A stretch of DNA of 64,000 bases. Source: Pecten maximus (lineage: Eukaryota). A program made the translations under genes and the position numbers. Positions 14,844 through 27,481 of this stretch are shown here, one piece after another (position 1 is the first letter of the stretch; the number at the start of each line of letters is the position of its first letter). The notes below the pieces were generated by a model that did no database searches, was not told where the DNA came from, and worked only from the letters and a program-made list of their open reading frames with translations. The stretch spans positions 15,810,001 to 15,874,000 of the forward strand of contig NC_047030.1 in assembly GCF_902652985.1 (NCBI RefSeq), read 5' to 3'.

Positions 14844-15610
14844 TTGGTGCATGATTCTCACAGCTCTTGGGGTAAATGGCTTTTGGGTCTTAGAGTCCTG
14901 TAGAAGACTGTCAAACTTAAAGATGGGTGCCCATATTTTTGTGTTCAATTCTTGTTCCCCGTGATTTTTTTCATTTATTGTGATAGCCCCCCCAAACCCC
15001 CTTCCCCCACCCCCCACCCCCAACACCTCTGCAGTTTTAAATGAGAGAATTCAGATATCAAAATGGCATCTGTTATGACTGACAGCATAGATGCATGCAC
15101 ATCTACTAAGATTTCATTTCTCAGTCATGGTTTTGTTTTAGCATTTCAAGTAAACTCTATAAAGTGTATTTTAAAAACTAAGCTAACAATTTACATAAGT
15201 CTCCTTAAGTGTCATTTCAAATCAACTGAACAATAAGTATAAGTTGATGCATTTACAAGATTAGACAATTTCTGTTTCACATGTTCTATATGTTCATGTA
15301 TGTAGCAAACAGGTATTACTGAATTAAATCTAGAGTTCGCCAACCCATATGCATATCTTGCACATGTCAGATGTTACAATCATACAGAGTACAAAAGAAA
15401 ACACAATTGAAAACAATCTTCCATTGTTTTATTGCTGTTCCTACTATTTTTGGGGAGTTCCTTAGAAAGTCTCAGAAGGAAATGCCTTTTTTTATGATGC
15501 CTTTTGGAGGCAGATTCATATAAAACTTGTCTTGGTAGGTGTAAGGCAGGTACCTATTAAATCTCCGATAAAGTCTTTTCATTTTATTACTTTTATATAC
15601 TACGACTTAC

Positions 15611-15730
15611 TTAACAAATATAATATTAACGCACAGATTATAACTTAATTATGCAATCCCGAAAAACAGGAATCATTCAACATTAATACACGGGAACCTG
15701 ATCTGCCGCCATCTTTAAAAATGGAAGCTA
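15611..15730 (-). promoter_or_regulatory. Possible alternative first exon or promoter with a YY1 motif
   Basis: Perfect YY1-type GCCGCCATCTT at 15705-15715, a local CpG cluster in otherwise CpG-poor DNA, and a minus-strand donor AA|gtaagt at 15610. Confidence 0.3.
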
Positions 15731-15776
15731 CACAATAATTAACATATTAAATCTATGACATTTTTTCACCAGGTGA

Positions 15777-16277
15777 GCTAACCATGATAGCTAACCATGA
15801 TAGCTAACCATGATAGCTAGCCATGATAGCCAGCCATGATAGCCAGCCATGAAAGCCAACCATGATAGCTAACTATGATAGCTAACCATGATAGCTGATA
15901 GCTAGCCATGATAGCCAGCCATGATAGCTAGCCATGACAGCTAACCATGATAGCTGATAGCTACACATGATAGCTAATTACCATGATAACTATAGCCATG
16001 ACAGCTAACCATGATAGCTAACTATGATAGCTAACCATGATAGCCAGCCATGATAGCTAGCCATGACAGCTAACCATGATAGCTGATAGCTAGACATGAT
16101 AGCTAACCATGATAGCTAACCATGATAGCTAACTATGATAGCTAGCCATGATAGCTAACTATGATAGCCAGCCATGATAGCTAACTATGATAGCCAGCCA
16201 TGATAGCTAACTATGATAGCCAGCCATGATAGCTAGCCATGATAGCCAGCCATGATAGCTAGCCATGATAGCTAACA
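15777..16277. repeat. Minisatellite, 13-bp unit (ctaaccatgatag), ~38 copies
   Basis: Direct periodicity. Confidence 0.95.
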
Positions 16278-16400
16278 AATAATAGTTATAAAGGTTATGG
16301 TGTTTCTAAATTTATTACCACAATTTTCATGATGAAGTTTTTGAGGCACCATCGATTTTGCGAATTTGCCACCATTTAAGTACGTTATACAGTCATTATT

Positions 16401-16522
16401 TTCCATGATAGTGATCCTACATCAATCAACATCGTTCATGATAGTGATTCTGAATCAGTCATCATCTTCCATGATAGTGATCCTACATCAGTCATCATCT
16501 TCCATGATAGTGATCCTGAATT
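16401..16522. repeat. Short tandem repeat, 33-bp unit, ~4 copies
   Basis: ccatgatagtgatcct recurs at 16403, 16436, 16469 and 16502. Confidence 0.85.
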
Positions 16523-17118
16523 AGCCTTAGCTTTATATATAATTAGCTTTGAAGTTTCCAAATAACATTTCTAAATTGGCCAACATTTTTCTGAATCAGC
16601 CACCATTTTAGTGTTAAATTTTCCACACCACTGCGTGGCGGTAGGAAGGAAAGGGCCCCTTACTACAGGAAGAATAAGGACCAAGGTGATTAATCACACA
16701 GAAGATGACAGGCCATGTGTTGAGGTGGGCCACGCATCAATTATACACAACTCCATTTGTCTGTAATGACCACCGGTCAAGTCATTTCTGAAATGAACTG
16801 GTCAAACAGCAATATTCCAGGGCAGAAATAGCACTAGTTTAAATAGCAGGATTATTTATTTATACTGCTTCCTGGAGAATGCAGTAACAGATGTTTTCAG
16901 AACGTTTACCTAATTACTGGATCTCTAAATGAGGTAAATAACAAAGGTTTCGAACAATAGGTTTAATAAAGAATAGGATCACTGAAGTAAGATGATGGAC
17001 TTTTTATATTGATTATATATATACCCTGAGTTTACAATCATTGGTACCAGCACTTTGGATAATGTGTCTACCATAAAGCAGTTAGTTCTTGTGTCAATTA
17101 GAACCTTAAAATTGTAAG

Positions 17119-19946
17119 TTTGGACACTGTGGGTTGTGAGTACAGTAGAACCTTGTTAGTCTGAACACTGTGGTTTGTGTGTACAGTAAAACCTTGTTAG
17201 TCTGGACAATTTGGTTTTTGTGTACAGTAAAACCTTGTTAGTCTGGACACTTTGGTTTGTGAGTACAGTAGAACCTAGTTAGTCTGGATACTGTAGTTGG
17301 TATGTTCAGTTGAACCTCTTTAGTCTGGACACTGTGGTTTGTGTGTACAGTAAAACCTTGTTAGTCTGGACACTTTGGTTTGTGAGTACAGTAGAACCTT
17401 GTTAGTCTGGATACTGGTTTGTGTTTACAGAAGAACCTTGTTAGTCTGAACACTGTGGTTTGTGTGTACAGTAAAACCTTGTTAGTCTGGACACTTTGGT
17501 TTGTGTGTACAGTAGAACCTTGTTAGTCTGGACACTTTGGTTTGTGTGTACAGTAGACACTTGTTAGTCTGGACACTTTGGTTTGTGTGTACAGTAGAAC
17601 CTTGTTAGTCTGGACACTTTGGTTTGTGTGTACAGTAGAACCTTGTTAGTCTGGACACTGTGGTTTGTGTGTACAGTAGAACCTTGTTAGTCTGGACACT
17701 GTAGTTGGTGTGTTCAGTAGAACCTTGTTAGTCTGGACACTGTAGTTGGTGTGTTCAGTAGAACCTTGTTAGTCTGGACACTTTGGTTTGTGTGTACAGT
17801 AGACACTTGTTTATATATATAGTCTGGACACTTTGGTTTGTGTGTACAGTAGAAACTTGTTAGTCTGGACACTGTGGTTTGTGTGTACAGTAGAACCTTG
17901 TTAGTCTGGACACTGTGGTTTGTGTGTACAGTAGAACCTTGTTAGTCTGGACACTGTAGTTGGTGTGTTCAGTAGAACCTTGTTAGTCTGGACACTGTAG
18001 TTGGTGTGTTCAGTAGAACCTTGTTAGTCTGGACACTTTGGTTTGTGTGTACAGTAGACACTTGTTTATATATATAGTCTGGACACTTTGGTTTGTGTGT
18101 ACAGTAGAAACTTGTTAGTTTGAACACTGTGGTTTGTGTTTACAGAAGAACCTTGTTAGTCTGGACACTGTGGTTTGTGAGTACAGTAGAACCTTGTTAG
18201 TCTGGACACTTTGGTTTGTGTGTACAGTAGAACCTTGTTAGTCTGGACACTGTAGTTGGTGTGTTCAGTTGAACCCCTTTAGTCTGGACACTGTGGTTTG
18301 TGTGTACAGTAGAACCTTGTTAATCTGGACACTGTGGTTTGTGTGTACAGTAGAAACTTGTTAGTCTGGACACTTTGGTTTGTGTGTACAGTAGAACCTT
18401 GTTAGTTTGGATACTGTTTTGTGTGTACAGTAGAATCTTGTTAGTCTGGACACTGTGGTTTGTGTGTACAGTAGAACCTTGTTAGTCTGGACACTGTGGT
18501 TTGTGTGTACAGTTGAACCTTGTTAGTCTGGACACCGTGGTTTGTGTGTACAGTAGAACCTTGTTAGTCTGGACACTGTGGTTTGTGTGTACAGTAGAAC
18601 CTTGTTAGTCTGGACACTTTGTGTACAGTAGAACCTTGTTAGTCTGGACACTTTGTGTACAGTAGAACCTTGTTAGTCTGGACACTTTGTGTACAGTAGA
18701 ACCTTGTCAGTCTGGACACTTTGTGTACAGTAGAACCTTGTTAGTCTGGACACTTTGTGTACAGTAGAACCTTGTTAGTCTGGACACTTTGTGTACAGTA
18801 GAAACTTGTTAGTCTGGACACTTTGGTTTGTGTGTACAGTAGAACCTTGTTAGTCTGGACACTGTGGTTTGTGTGTACAGTAGAACCTTGTTAGTCTGGA
18901 CACTGTGGTTTGTGTGTACAGTAGAACCTTGTTAGTCTGGACACTGTGGTTTGTGTGTACAGTAGAACCTTGTTAGTTTGGATACTGTTTTGTGTGTACA
19001 GTAGAATCTTGTTAGTCTGGACACTGTGGTTTGTGTGTACAGTAGAACCTTGTTAGTCTGGACACTGTGGTTTGTGTGTACAGTTGAACCCCTTTAGTCT
19101 GGACACTGTGGTTTGTGTGTACAGTAGAACCTTGTTAATCTGGTCACTGTGGTTTGTGTGTACAGTAGAACCTTGTTAGTCTGGACACTTTAGTTTGTGA
19201 GTACAGTAGAACCTTGTTAGTCTGGACACTGTGGTTTGTGTGTACAGTAGAACCTTGTTAGTCTGGACACTGTGGTTTGTGTGTACAGTAGAACCTTGTT
19301 AGTCTGGACACATTGTGTACAGTAGAACCTTGTTAGTCTGGACACTTTGTGTACAGTAGAACCTTGTTAGTTTGGACACTTTGTGTACAGTAGAACCTTG
19401 TTAGTCTGGACACTTTGTGTACAGTAGAACCTTGTTAGTTTGGACACTTTGTGTACAGTAGAACCTTGTTAGTTTGGACACTTTGTGTACAGTAGAACCT
19501 TGTTAGTCTGGACACTTTGTGTACAGTAGAACCTTGTTAGTTTGGACACTTTGTGTACAGTAGAACCTTGTTAGACTTGACACTTTGTGTACAGTAGAAC
19601 CTTGTTAGACTTGACACTTTGTGTACAGTAGAACCTTGTTAGTTTGGACACTTTGTGTACAGTAGAACCTTGTTAGTCTGGACACTTTGTGTACAGTAGA
19701 ACCTTGTCAGTCTGGACACTTTGTGTACAGTAGAACCTTGTTAGTCTGGACACTTTGTGTACAGTAGAACCTTGTTAGTCTGGACACTTTGTGTACAGTA
19801 GAACCTTGTTAGTCTGGACACCGTGGTTTGTGTGTACAGTAGAACCTTGTTAGTCTGGACACCGTGGTTTGTGTGTACAGTAGAACCTTGTTAGTCTGGA
19901 AACTTTGTGTACAGTAGAACCTTGTTAGACTTGACACTTTGTGTAC
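17119..19946. repeat. Satellite, 41-bp unit (gtacagtagaaccttgttagtctggacactgtggtttgtgt) with blocks of a 34-bp deletion variant
   Basis: Direct periodicity. Blocks of the 34-bp variant lie at ~18600-18810 and ~19300-19800. Confidence 0.97.
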
Positions 19947-21999
19947 CTATGTATTTGAGGTGAATGTGAAGGATGTAAACAAAATTACTTTTCGAGGGTC
20001 CCAGGGACTCCATTGGTACATGTTTTCAACCCACATTTCATGATATAGTTATATCGTATATGTATTTGTTGTATATATGAGTACAGGGTGACATATCCCT
20101 GTGCTGAGGACACAGTGTGGGAGGTATATGGGGATTTAGTAGTGGTTCCCTACACACCACACTGGTTGTATCTCATGTCCTTCTCAGGTCATGTCTGTGT
20201 GATCAAGTGCTAAAAACCGAGTTTGTCAGTAGGAAACTCTAACATGATGAAACATGACAGGGTTTTAGGTGACTCCTTGTAACACAATCATAGAATGACA
20301 GATCATACTCCCCAATCATCTATCTAACGTAATGATCACGTCTGTATTTAGAAGAATGGCCAGTCACATGACCACAGGTCTCCTTTACACACAACATAGC
20401 ATGATGACTGTAATCATAAAATTTCTAACTTGGACACAATAGATGAAATATGGCAGAAAATTTGGCCACACTCGTGTCATATTGTACCTTGATCCCCTCA
20501 CTGATACAGGGTGAAGAATTCAAACGCTCCAGTGATCATGGAACAGTTCAGATTTAGCAATAGTAAAAAATGTTGCCAACAATATCCACATATCACAATA
20601 TCTTTTGTGCTTCAAAGAAATTTCACTTTCTAATAAATCTTAAAGAATTGAACAAACATTTAAAGATGGTGGCTTTTGAATTAAGTTCATCTACTCAATG
20701 TCCCACAGAACTGAACAACAAAGAAATTGCTCAAATGCAAAATAGTTGTTCAGATTTGTATTTTCTTTTGATAATTTTAAGACTCCCCTTTTATTTGCTT
20801 TTATAAAGTTATAATTTTATGATATTTTTCATTTCAAGATGAAGCCAGGACAACTAATGCCAAACAAGTCCTTGTACTAAAATACACAGTCAAGAGCAGT
20901 CAAGTATACATTTTGCATACCATGGTAATATTAAGTCAATATTTTGCAGTCCACTTAAATTCCTTTAGATTTTCTGTTACAGGTAAGTGTTTTACCTGTT
21001 ATAGCAAGCTTTTTACCTGTCAAGGTGCTAAATCTGATAATTGATTTTTATCTTAGTGGCACCAGGTAAATAACAGTGATAACACAGGAAAAACAAATTG
21101 TTAAGTCAGATAAATTCAGTGTGGTGTAAGTTTAATGTACTTGTTGCACTCGTTGACAGAAATATGTGTTGAGCCATATAAATGTGGTAAGTATCCTCAA
21201 ATGATGAAGGCTCCAGTAACATTAGTAATGTGGCAGGCACCACCAACATTACACATGGTTGTCTAGTACTAAATCTTAAATCAGTCTAAAACATGAGTAG
21301 TGTAACTAACATCTCATATCTTAGAGACAAACAGCTGAGACAAGCTTCTTTAAAGAGTGACCTTGAAGGATTTACTATAATAACACAAGGGAAGGGCATG
21401 GTAAGCTTCCTTAACTTTGATGGTTCTAATAACGGTGAAATGTTAGCAATAATCATAAAATGTTATCAAAAATAAAACCTTAAGATGCTGAAGTAATGAC
21501 AAATTCATCCTCAAAATCAAAAGGTTCTAGAAATTGTGGGGTAAGGATCTTTAAAATCATAATTGATCACACATCTATACTATATATGTATCCTGAAATC
21601 CTAAACACTCCGAAAAACAGAATTGATATTATAGACTGTAAAAGTCTCCAGTAATGTATCATTGTGGACCTCTTCATAAAGCCATGGTAATATATATCCT
21701 TAAATATAATTAAAATCCAAGTTAAATAACTATTCATACTGCAACATTAGAAATTGTGACTTAATTGACAGGGCTGGGCTGGACAATAACTATATAAGTA
21801 TTTGTTTGTAATTTCACTGACAATACTTTATATAGATTGGCTTATATACTGATAGCAGAACAATAAAAAAGCACTAGTAATTCATTTGGATGCTGGATAA
21901 ATGACAGAAGATCATAAACTGTAGTAGCATGAGTAAAGAGGATGGAATGTAAATAAAAACTGAAGGTTTTCTCTTAAAAGTCATCTCTACAGTATACAA

Positions 22000-23068
22000 T
22001 GTAATAATAGTGGAGACATGTGTTGGTGTATAAGTGTGTCCCTTCCTTATAGAGAATTGTAATAGATTGTGGAGACATGTATTGGTGTATAAGTGTGTTC
22101 CTTCCTTATAGAGAATTGTAATAATAGTGGAGACATGTATTGGTGTATAAATGTGTTCCTTCCTTATAGAGAATTGTAATAGATTGTGGAGACATGTATT
22201 GGTGTATAAGTGTGTTCCTTCCTTATAGAGAATTGTAATAATAGTGGAGACATGTATTGGTGTATAAGTGTGTTCCTTCCTTATAGAGAATTGTAATAAT
22301 AGATTGTGGAGACATGTATTGGTGTATAAGTGTGTTCCTTCCTTATAGAGAATTGTAATAATAGTGGAGACATGTATTGGTGTATAAGTGTGTTCCTTCC
22401 TTATAGAGAATTGTAATAATAGTGGAGACATGTATTGGTGTATACGTGTGTTCCTTCCTTATAGAGAATTGTAATAATAGATTGTGGAGACATGTATTGG
22501 TGTATAAGTGTGTTCCTTCCTTATAGAGAATTGTAATAATAGTGGAGACATGTGTTAGTGTATAAGTGTGTTCCTTCCTTATAGAGAATTGTAATAATAG
22601 ATTGTGGAGACATGTATTGGTGTATAAGTGTGTTCCTTCCTTATAGAGAATTGTTATAATAGTGGAGACAAGTATTGGTGTATAAGTGTGTTCCTTCCTT
22701 ATAGAGAATTGTTATAATAGTGGAGACATGTATTGGTGTATAAGTGTGTTCCTTCCTTATAAAGAATTGAAATAATAGATTGTGGAGACATGTATTGGTG
22801 TATAAGTGTGTTCCTTCCTTATAGAGAATTGTAATAATAGATTGTGGAGAGATGTATTGGTGTATAAGTGTGTTCCTTCCTTATAAAGAATTGTAATAAT
22901 AGTGGAGACATGTGTTAGTGTATAAGTGTGTTCCTTCCTTATAGAGAATTGTAATAATAGATAGTGGAGACATGTATTGGTGTATAAGTGTGTTCCTTCC
23001 TTATAGAGAATTGTAATAATAGTGGAGATATGTATTGGTGTATAAGTGTGTCCCTTCCTTATAGAGAA
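22000..23068. repeat. Satellite, 58-62-bp unit in alternating dimers, ~18 copies
   Basis: ggagacatg recurs at spacings of 59, 58, 59, 58, 62 and so on. Confidence 0.95.
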
Positions 23069-24121
23069 TAACGTGTTACACCTGGTAGTCTTTAGTCTTG
23101 ATTGGAACAAGACCGCAAAAAAATGTTGATCAAATAAACATAACTTGTGGGAGTTTCTTCAGGCGTGTTTCTACTGAGGTCATAAATCAAAGTTATTACT
23201 ATTCTGTCATTCTATGTGAAGAATTCCATATTTGAGATAAAACTGGGCGATGTTTTTGTCACATATATATATTCTCTAACAAATGGCTGAAACCTATGAT
23301 CAAATAATTCCACAGTTTTCATCAAATCTACTGACTTCACCTATCACTATTACCGAGTCAATCTTCATCCAAGTCATCGAATAGATTGCGAGTATCAGGA
23401 TAAAAACTTTAACTTTCTTCATTGCCATTCAATGTATGTATATGTGTGAACCAGTATATGAATATATATAGACACCATTTATTGAAATGTTGACCTTTCA
23501 ACTTTCTTGGTTTTCAGTATTAATGGCATGGTTTAATGGTGTGTTTGGAGTCAAGTGTCTCTAACTCAAGCAACAGAAGCTACAGACATCAAATTGTACC
23601 TAAGATAAACCCTGTTTTTATAATATGAATGAGCTAGTGCTGACTTATATGTTGTTACATTGTAAGTTCACAGATCTAGTGTGTTAAATATGTATATTGG
23701 TAAATTCCAGAATGGTCTTAATGTAGGTCAGAGTGATCTGGTTTTTGACATGACAATGCTAACCAAAGATCCCTTGGCAGATATCATCCTACATTGTATG
23801 TGAGAAAATTAAAAGCTCTTGGAATGTCCAAAGGTGAAGGTGCCCTCAATGTAAATTAGGTCCTAGCATTGATGCTATGTTCTGAAACATTCTTTAAGTG
23901 ATGCTGATCTAATTTAAGTCAAAATCCAGGTCCAAGTGCCTTATATTGCTACAACAAAGGGCCAAGACAGCCTGTCCCATTCCCTGTGTCCAAACATTAG
24001 TCTTATAAGAAATGTAGCAATGCGACCATTAGGATCCTGTGGACTAGTAGTTCGATCATGTCACCTGAAAATGCCTCGGAATCAAACAGGCACATTCACA
24101 TCCTTATAACAGATGACAGAA

Positions 24122-24780
24122 ATACAAGCTTATGAATGACACTGTCATTTCAGAGTACCATATCCAAATGTACAAGCTTGTGAATGACACTCCAGTCATT
24201 TCAGAGTACCATATCCAAATGTACAAGCTTGTGAATGACACTCCAGTCATTTCAGAGTACCATATACAAGCTTATGAATGACACTGTCATTTCAGAGTAC
24301 CATATACAAGCTTGTGAATGACACTCCAGTCATTTCAGAGTACCATATACAAATGTACAAGCTTGTGAATGACACTACAGTCATTTCAGAGTACTATATA
24401 CAAGCTTGTGAATGACACTGTCATTTCAGAGTACCATATACAAGCTTGTGAATGACACTCCAGTCATTTCAGAGTACCATATACAAGCTTGTGAATGACA
24501 CTGTCATTTCAGAGTACCATATACAAATGTACAAGTTTGTGAATGACACTACAGTCATTTCAGAGTACCATATACAAGCTTGTGAATGACACTGTCATTT
24601 CAGAGTACCATATACAAGCTTGTGAATGACACTGTCATTTCAGAGTACCATGTATGAGCCTATGAATGACAGTGCCATATACAAGCTTGTGAATGACGCT
24701 GTCATTTCAGAGTACCATATATATATAGGAGCCTATGAATGACAGTGTCATTTCAGAGTACCGCACAACTTGTGAATGAT
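24122..24780. repeat. Minisatellite, ~40-51-bp unit (tacaagcttgtgaatgacactgtcatttcagagtaccata)
   Basis: Direct periodicity, with an internal dyad aatgaca-c-tgtcatt. Confidence 0.93.
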
Positions 24781-25802
24781 GATGTCATTTTTCAAGACCA
24801 CACAAGACTCAGAATGACTGCAAAAACTCTTAGTGACACTGATGTTAGATTACCACACAACAAAATCATTTAATCTACAAATCTTTTAGTACCAAGTGTC
24901 CTTGCAAAACAATGATCTAATTTTACATAATTATATACATGTATACCAAATTTGAAATGGTAAGTACAATTAAACAGATGATTTATAAAGCTTTAAATTT
25001 CCACTCTAAGCGTTAATTCTCTAACCAGTTTGAAGCATAATGGGATGACCTCAAGATCTATTCCATCCAGTATTTGTGAATCTTTTCATCTCCATAAAAG
25101 GTTTTATAGAAAATTACTTTAAAGTTCCCACAAGTACAACCAATAAACTACGCACTTGAAAGATAATCTACTTTTGAAAATTAAAAAAAGTGCAGAAAGT
25201 GATCCTATACGAGATTGTATACTGGTTGTTTTATCTTGTCTTTGTTAGAGCTATCGTAAAAACTAATCACCATCAACGAATATAACCATTAAATTTTTGC
25301 ACGCCAAATCATTGAGTCAATAATTACCATGATAACAGATGATTGAAAAATGCTTAATTACAGTTCATCAAACCTTTTATGAAACCATTTTTGTGAAATC
25401 AATTAAGTTTTCTTAAAGGACATGTTCGTTCGACATTCAATTTAAATTGCTTCTTTAATCAATGGAATTATGGGTATTTTCCCCTGAAGAAGATAGTTAC
25501 TATGGTAACCGAGACAACTTTTTCATTATCTTTTTTCTGAAAATCTGTCTCAGATAAATCATCACTTCTTAAACCAAACTGATAGTAAAACAATTTGAAA
25601 AAAAATGCCCAAATCCAAAGAAAGCAATTTGATAGAAAAAATATGTGGAATATATTGATTAAGGGAGTCCTTGAATCCTCAATATCTTGTAGAAGATTAG
25701 TCAGCAAATCTGGGGCCTGGCAAATAATAATTATACCAAAATTAGGAACAAAACACTAAAATCAGTCCTGTTTGATAATGAGTACATGTACAGAGATGTT
25801 TC

Positions 25803-26060
25803 TGACCATGAATTGTAACAACCATTCCTACAAGCACACATTTGACCATGAATTGTAACAACCGTTCCTACAAGCACACATTTGATCATGAATTGTAACA
25901 ACCGTTCCTACAAGCACACATTTGATCATGAATCATAACAACCGTTCCTACAAGCACACATTTGATCATGAATCATAACAACCATTCCTACAAGCAGTCA
26001 TCTGGCCATGAAGTGTAACAACCATCCCTATACTGAAGCACACACTTGACCATGAATTGA
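25803..26060. repeat. Tandem repeat, 40-bp unit, ~6 copies
   Basis: tgaccatgaattgtaacaacc recurs every 40 bp. Confidence 0.92.
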
Positions 26061-26897
26061 CCATGTAAGTTTTAGGTTGTTCCTATAGTGACCGTTGATT
26101 TCCATGTGAGATGTCACCTTCCTGTATCCAGGTTATGACATCCCCGTGCCTGACATTTGTCCCCAGAATGATCCTATCATTTGTAGACAACATATTATGA
26201 TAATTATTGATATTTAAGTCCCCTGACACCTTTTTTTCTGACTCAGTGTCTGTCTCACACAGGATCACACAATGTTTACTTTAATGTATGCAATGAATTT
26301 TCCCCAAAGAGAGGGGTTGGAGCCCTACAGGGTAACATGTACCTCATATCCCTGTAGATTGTGTGAATACAAGTTTTTTGTGAAGGGTTCATTTGTGGAT
26401 CTGAATCAAAGTTGTAGTAAAAACGAGAATGGGGACAGGGGAAGGGTTTGATGTTAATTAATTAAAGTAAAAAAAAAATGTCACCATAATCAAATAAAAA
26501 TCTTAATTGAATATTGCTTAAATAAAGATTCAAATCAAGAAAATCCCAATTGATTCTTGTGACAATTATCTGATCTTTGTAAAGAAATAATCACAAAATG
26601 TCAATTATTTTAGGACATTGATGATTGACAAAAACAACACAAAGATAAAAAAATAATGAAGACATCAGATTGATAACAAATGGTCTGGTTAATTATCAGT
26701 ACTGTTGACTGTCAATCAGTCGCCCATGTACGATAACAGCCCGCAGACACCACACACACATTGAAATGATGACAAATTGCCATTAGATGTGAAACAAGCA
26801 GAGTTGCTTCCTCTTATGTGAACATGTATTTACAATAGATGCTTTAAGTGATTCAACTCTAACCTACTGCAATAAAGTATTGAATCGATATGCTCTC

Positions 26898-27200
26898 TTT
26901 GTTTTATGAGTTTATCATCCTGTAAATAGCCAGGGTCATTTTGAGGCAGCTGTCCTAGCTTGTAGTAGCTGGTGAATACCTGTCACTAAACAACATTCGG
27001 GCTGCACGCCTCATGCCATCCAGAGTAGCTGACTTAAAGTGTTTTGCCTAAGGTGAAAGGCCACAACCACAACAGGGCACACCATGGTCAGTTATCCCAG
27101 TTTAATGGGAAACACAAATCATTGTAGAGATCAAACTACCCACCTCAGACCTTCATCAGAGACTGGGAGGGAGCCCCACTAGATCGTTCTGGAGTGACAA
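26898..27200 (-). mobile_element. Degenerate CORE-like SINE remnant
   Basis: The tail (plus strand) tttatcatcctgtaaatagccagggtcattttgagg resembles the tails of the SINEs at 37966 and 61395. ttaaagtgttttgcctaagg (27034-27053) is the reverse complement of a CORE-domain-like motif. The right boundary is uncertain. Confidence 0.5.
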
Positions 27201-27481
27201 TGTAAATGACCTTTTCATCCAAATGTTCATATCTCTACTTCCAATAAATGTCAGATATATGTACCAGCATTTATCTAATGTTTGTGTGCCAACACACTTC
27301 AATAATTTTTATTTGTTATAGAAACAAATCTAGGCACAAATTTCCTAACTGTCATCTACTACTGTCAATTGTGGATTTAAATGTCAACTGTCTGACGCAG
27401 CATCATTGGTACACTCAAACAAAATATAACTGATTGGTCCATGACAGCAGGTGAAAGGTCAAAGAATCTCGACATACATTT

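Noticed and set aside
17119-19946. CRISPR-like appearance of 30-40-bp repeats (here and in other arrays)
   Set aside because: There are no unique spacers and no cas genes, and the context is eukaryotic.
20570-26268. Short isolated ORFs in unique AT-rich DNA
   Set aside because: They are 60-80 aa with no recognisable domain or splice context, as expected by chance.
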